64,000 nt of DNA, taken from IMG/VR virus record IMGVR_UViG_3300032219_002765, positions 1-64,000 of that record. One strand, given 5' to 3'. Shown one piece after another: positions 63,625 through 64,000 of this stretch. The DNA comes from a virus (lineage: Duplodnaviria; Caudoviricetes). The position numbers and the translations under genes are program-made. The notes under the pieces are model-generated. The model was given only the letters and a program-made list of their open reading frames with translations, had not been told where the DNA came from and searched no databases. Numbering within the stretch: the first letter of the stretch is position 1; every line of letters starts with the position of its first letter.

Positions 63625-63823
63625 CACACCACTTAACTAAACAAGTAAATAAACGACTGTGCATTTGTTGTTGGCGATAAACAGAATCAAAGATACTTAA
63701 AAGTTTATCCTTATCAAGCTTTTTAGCCTCAAGCATGACCCGTTGATGAGTAAACCGCTGCTCAGGGGTCTCCCATTCCATGTCGATCACGGGGTGCGTA
63801 ATTATTGTGTTAACTATACTCAC
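63545..63823 (-). CDS. second, divergent NblA-like protein
   Basis: ETPEQRF...KLDKDKLLSIFDSVYRQ...LFTCLVK aligns gaplessly with NblA EQQF...Y.Q...Y..LLK. Confidence 0.5.
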   Translation of the reverse strand: MSIVNTIITHPVIDMEWETPEQRFTHQRVMLEAKKLDKDKLLSIFDSVYRQQQMHSRLFTCLVKWCVSNQIELPSFDQLLTPKIVDHPLETE

Positions 63824-63885
63824 TAAACGCTGGACGGCTCTAAAAAAAATCGCTAAGCTTTGACGTACCGAGGCCCCTTAAAACT

Positions 63886-64000
63886 TTGTCAGAATTTTAT
63901 AGTATTCCAAAAGGTGTAACGCACGCTCTAATTAAACATTCATTTATTTCTGGTTCAGTCCTAGTTCCCCACGATCCTCTTGGTGTTCTTAGCGATCAAT
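63886..64000 (+). CDS. hypothetical protein, 5' part only (runs off window)
   Basis: TTG start; LSEFYSIPKGVTHALIKHSFISGSVLVPHDPLGVLSDQ open to the window end. Confidence 0.4.
   Translation, partial: MSEFYSIPKGVTHALIKHSFISGSVLVPHDPLGVLSDQ

Noticed and set aside
1-64000. Prophage with flanking host DNA, integrase, transposon, or alternative genetic code
   Set aside because: All genes look phage-like; no recombinase, transposase or host housekeeping block was seen; long ORFs are intact in the standard code with all three stops in use

Overview
This 64 kb window is part of a tailed dsDNA phage genome, most likely a freshwater cyanophage of a picocyanobacterium. The host inference rests on two NblA-like genes, a Dps-like gene, tRNA-Leu(UAA), mostly SD-less A/C-rich translation starts and -10-only promoters. 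Positions 1-44.8 kb, mostly on the minus strand, hold the virion and packaging block: tail fibres, a transglycosylase+M23 protein, ejection-like proteins, an N4-gp56-like major capsid protein, scaffold, portal and large terminase. A glycosyltransferase/methyltransferase/RfbD toolkit, small-ORF cassettes and two tRNAs are interleaved with these genes. At about 44.9-45.1 kb the strand switches across an A/T-tract-rich junction. A sigma70-like promoter follows, then about 750 nt of densely base-paired, apparently non-coding RNA (45410-46160), the most striking unexplained feature. After it come small early genes with two tRNA-like (acceptor plus T-arm) mini-elements between them, a DUF3150-like/RavA-like AAA+/vWA triad, a family A DNA polymerase and SSB-like genes. 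Other oddities: a 506-nt dual-coding overlap of portal and scaffold, and several apparently catalytically dead enzymes (three His-Me fingers, a Dam-like protein, an M23 domain). All family assignments come from motif recognition by eye; no database searches or folding computations were run.
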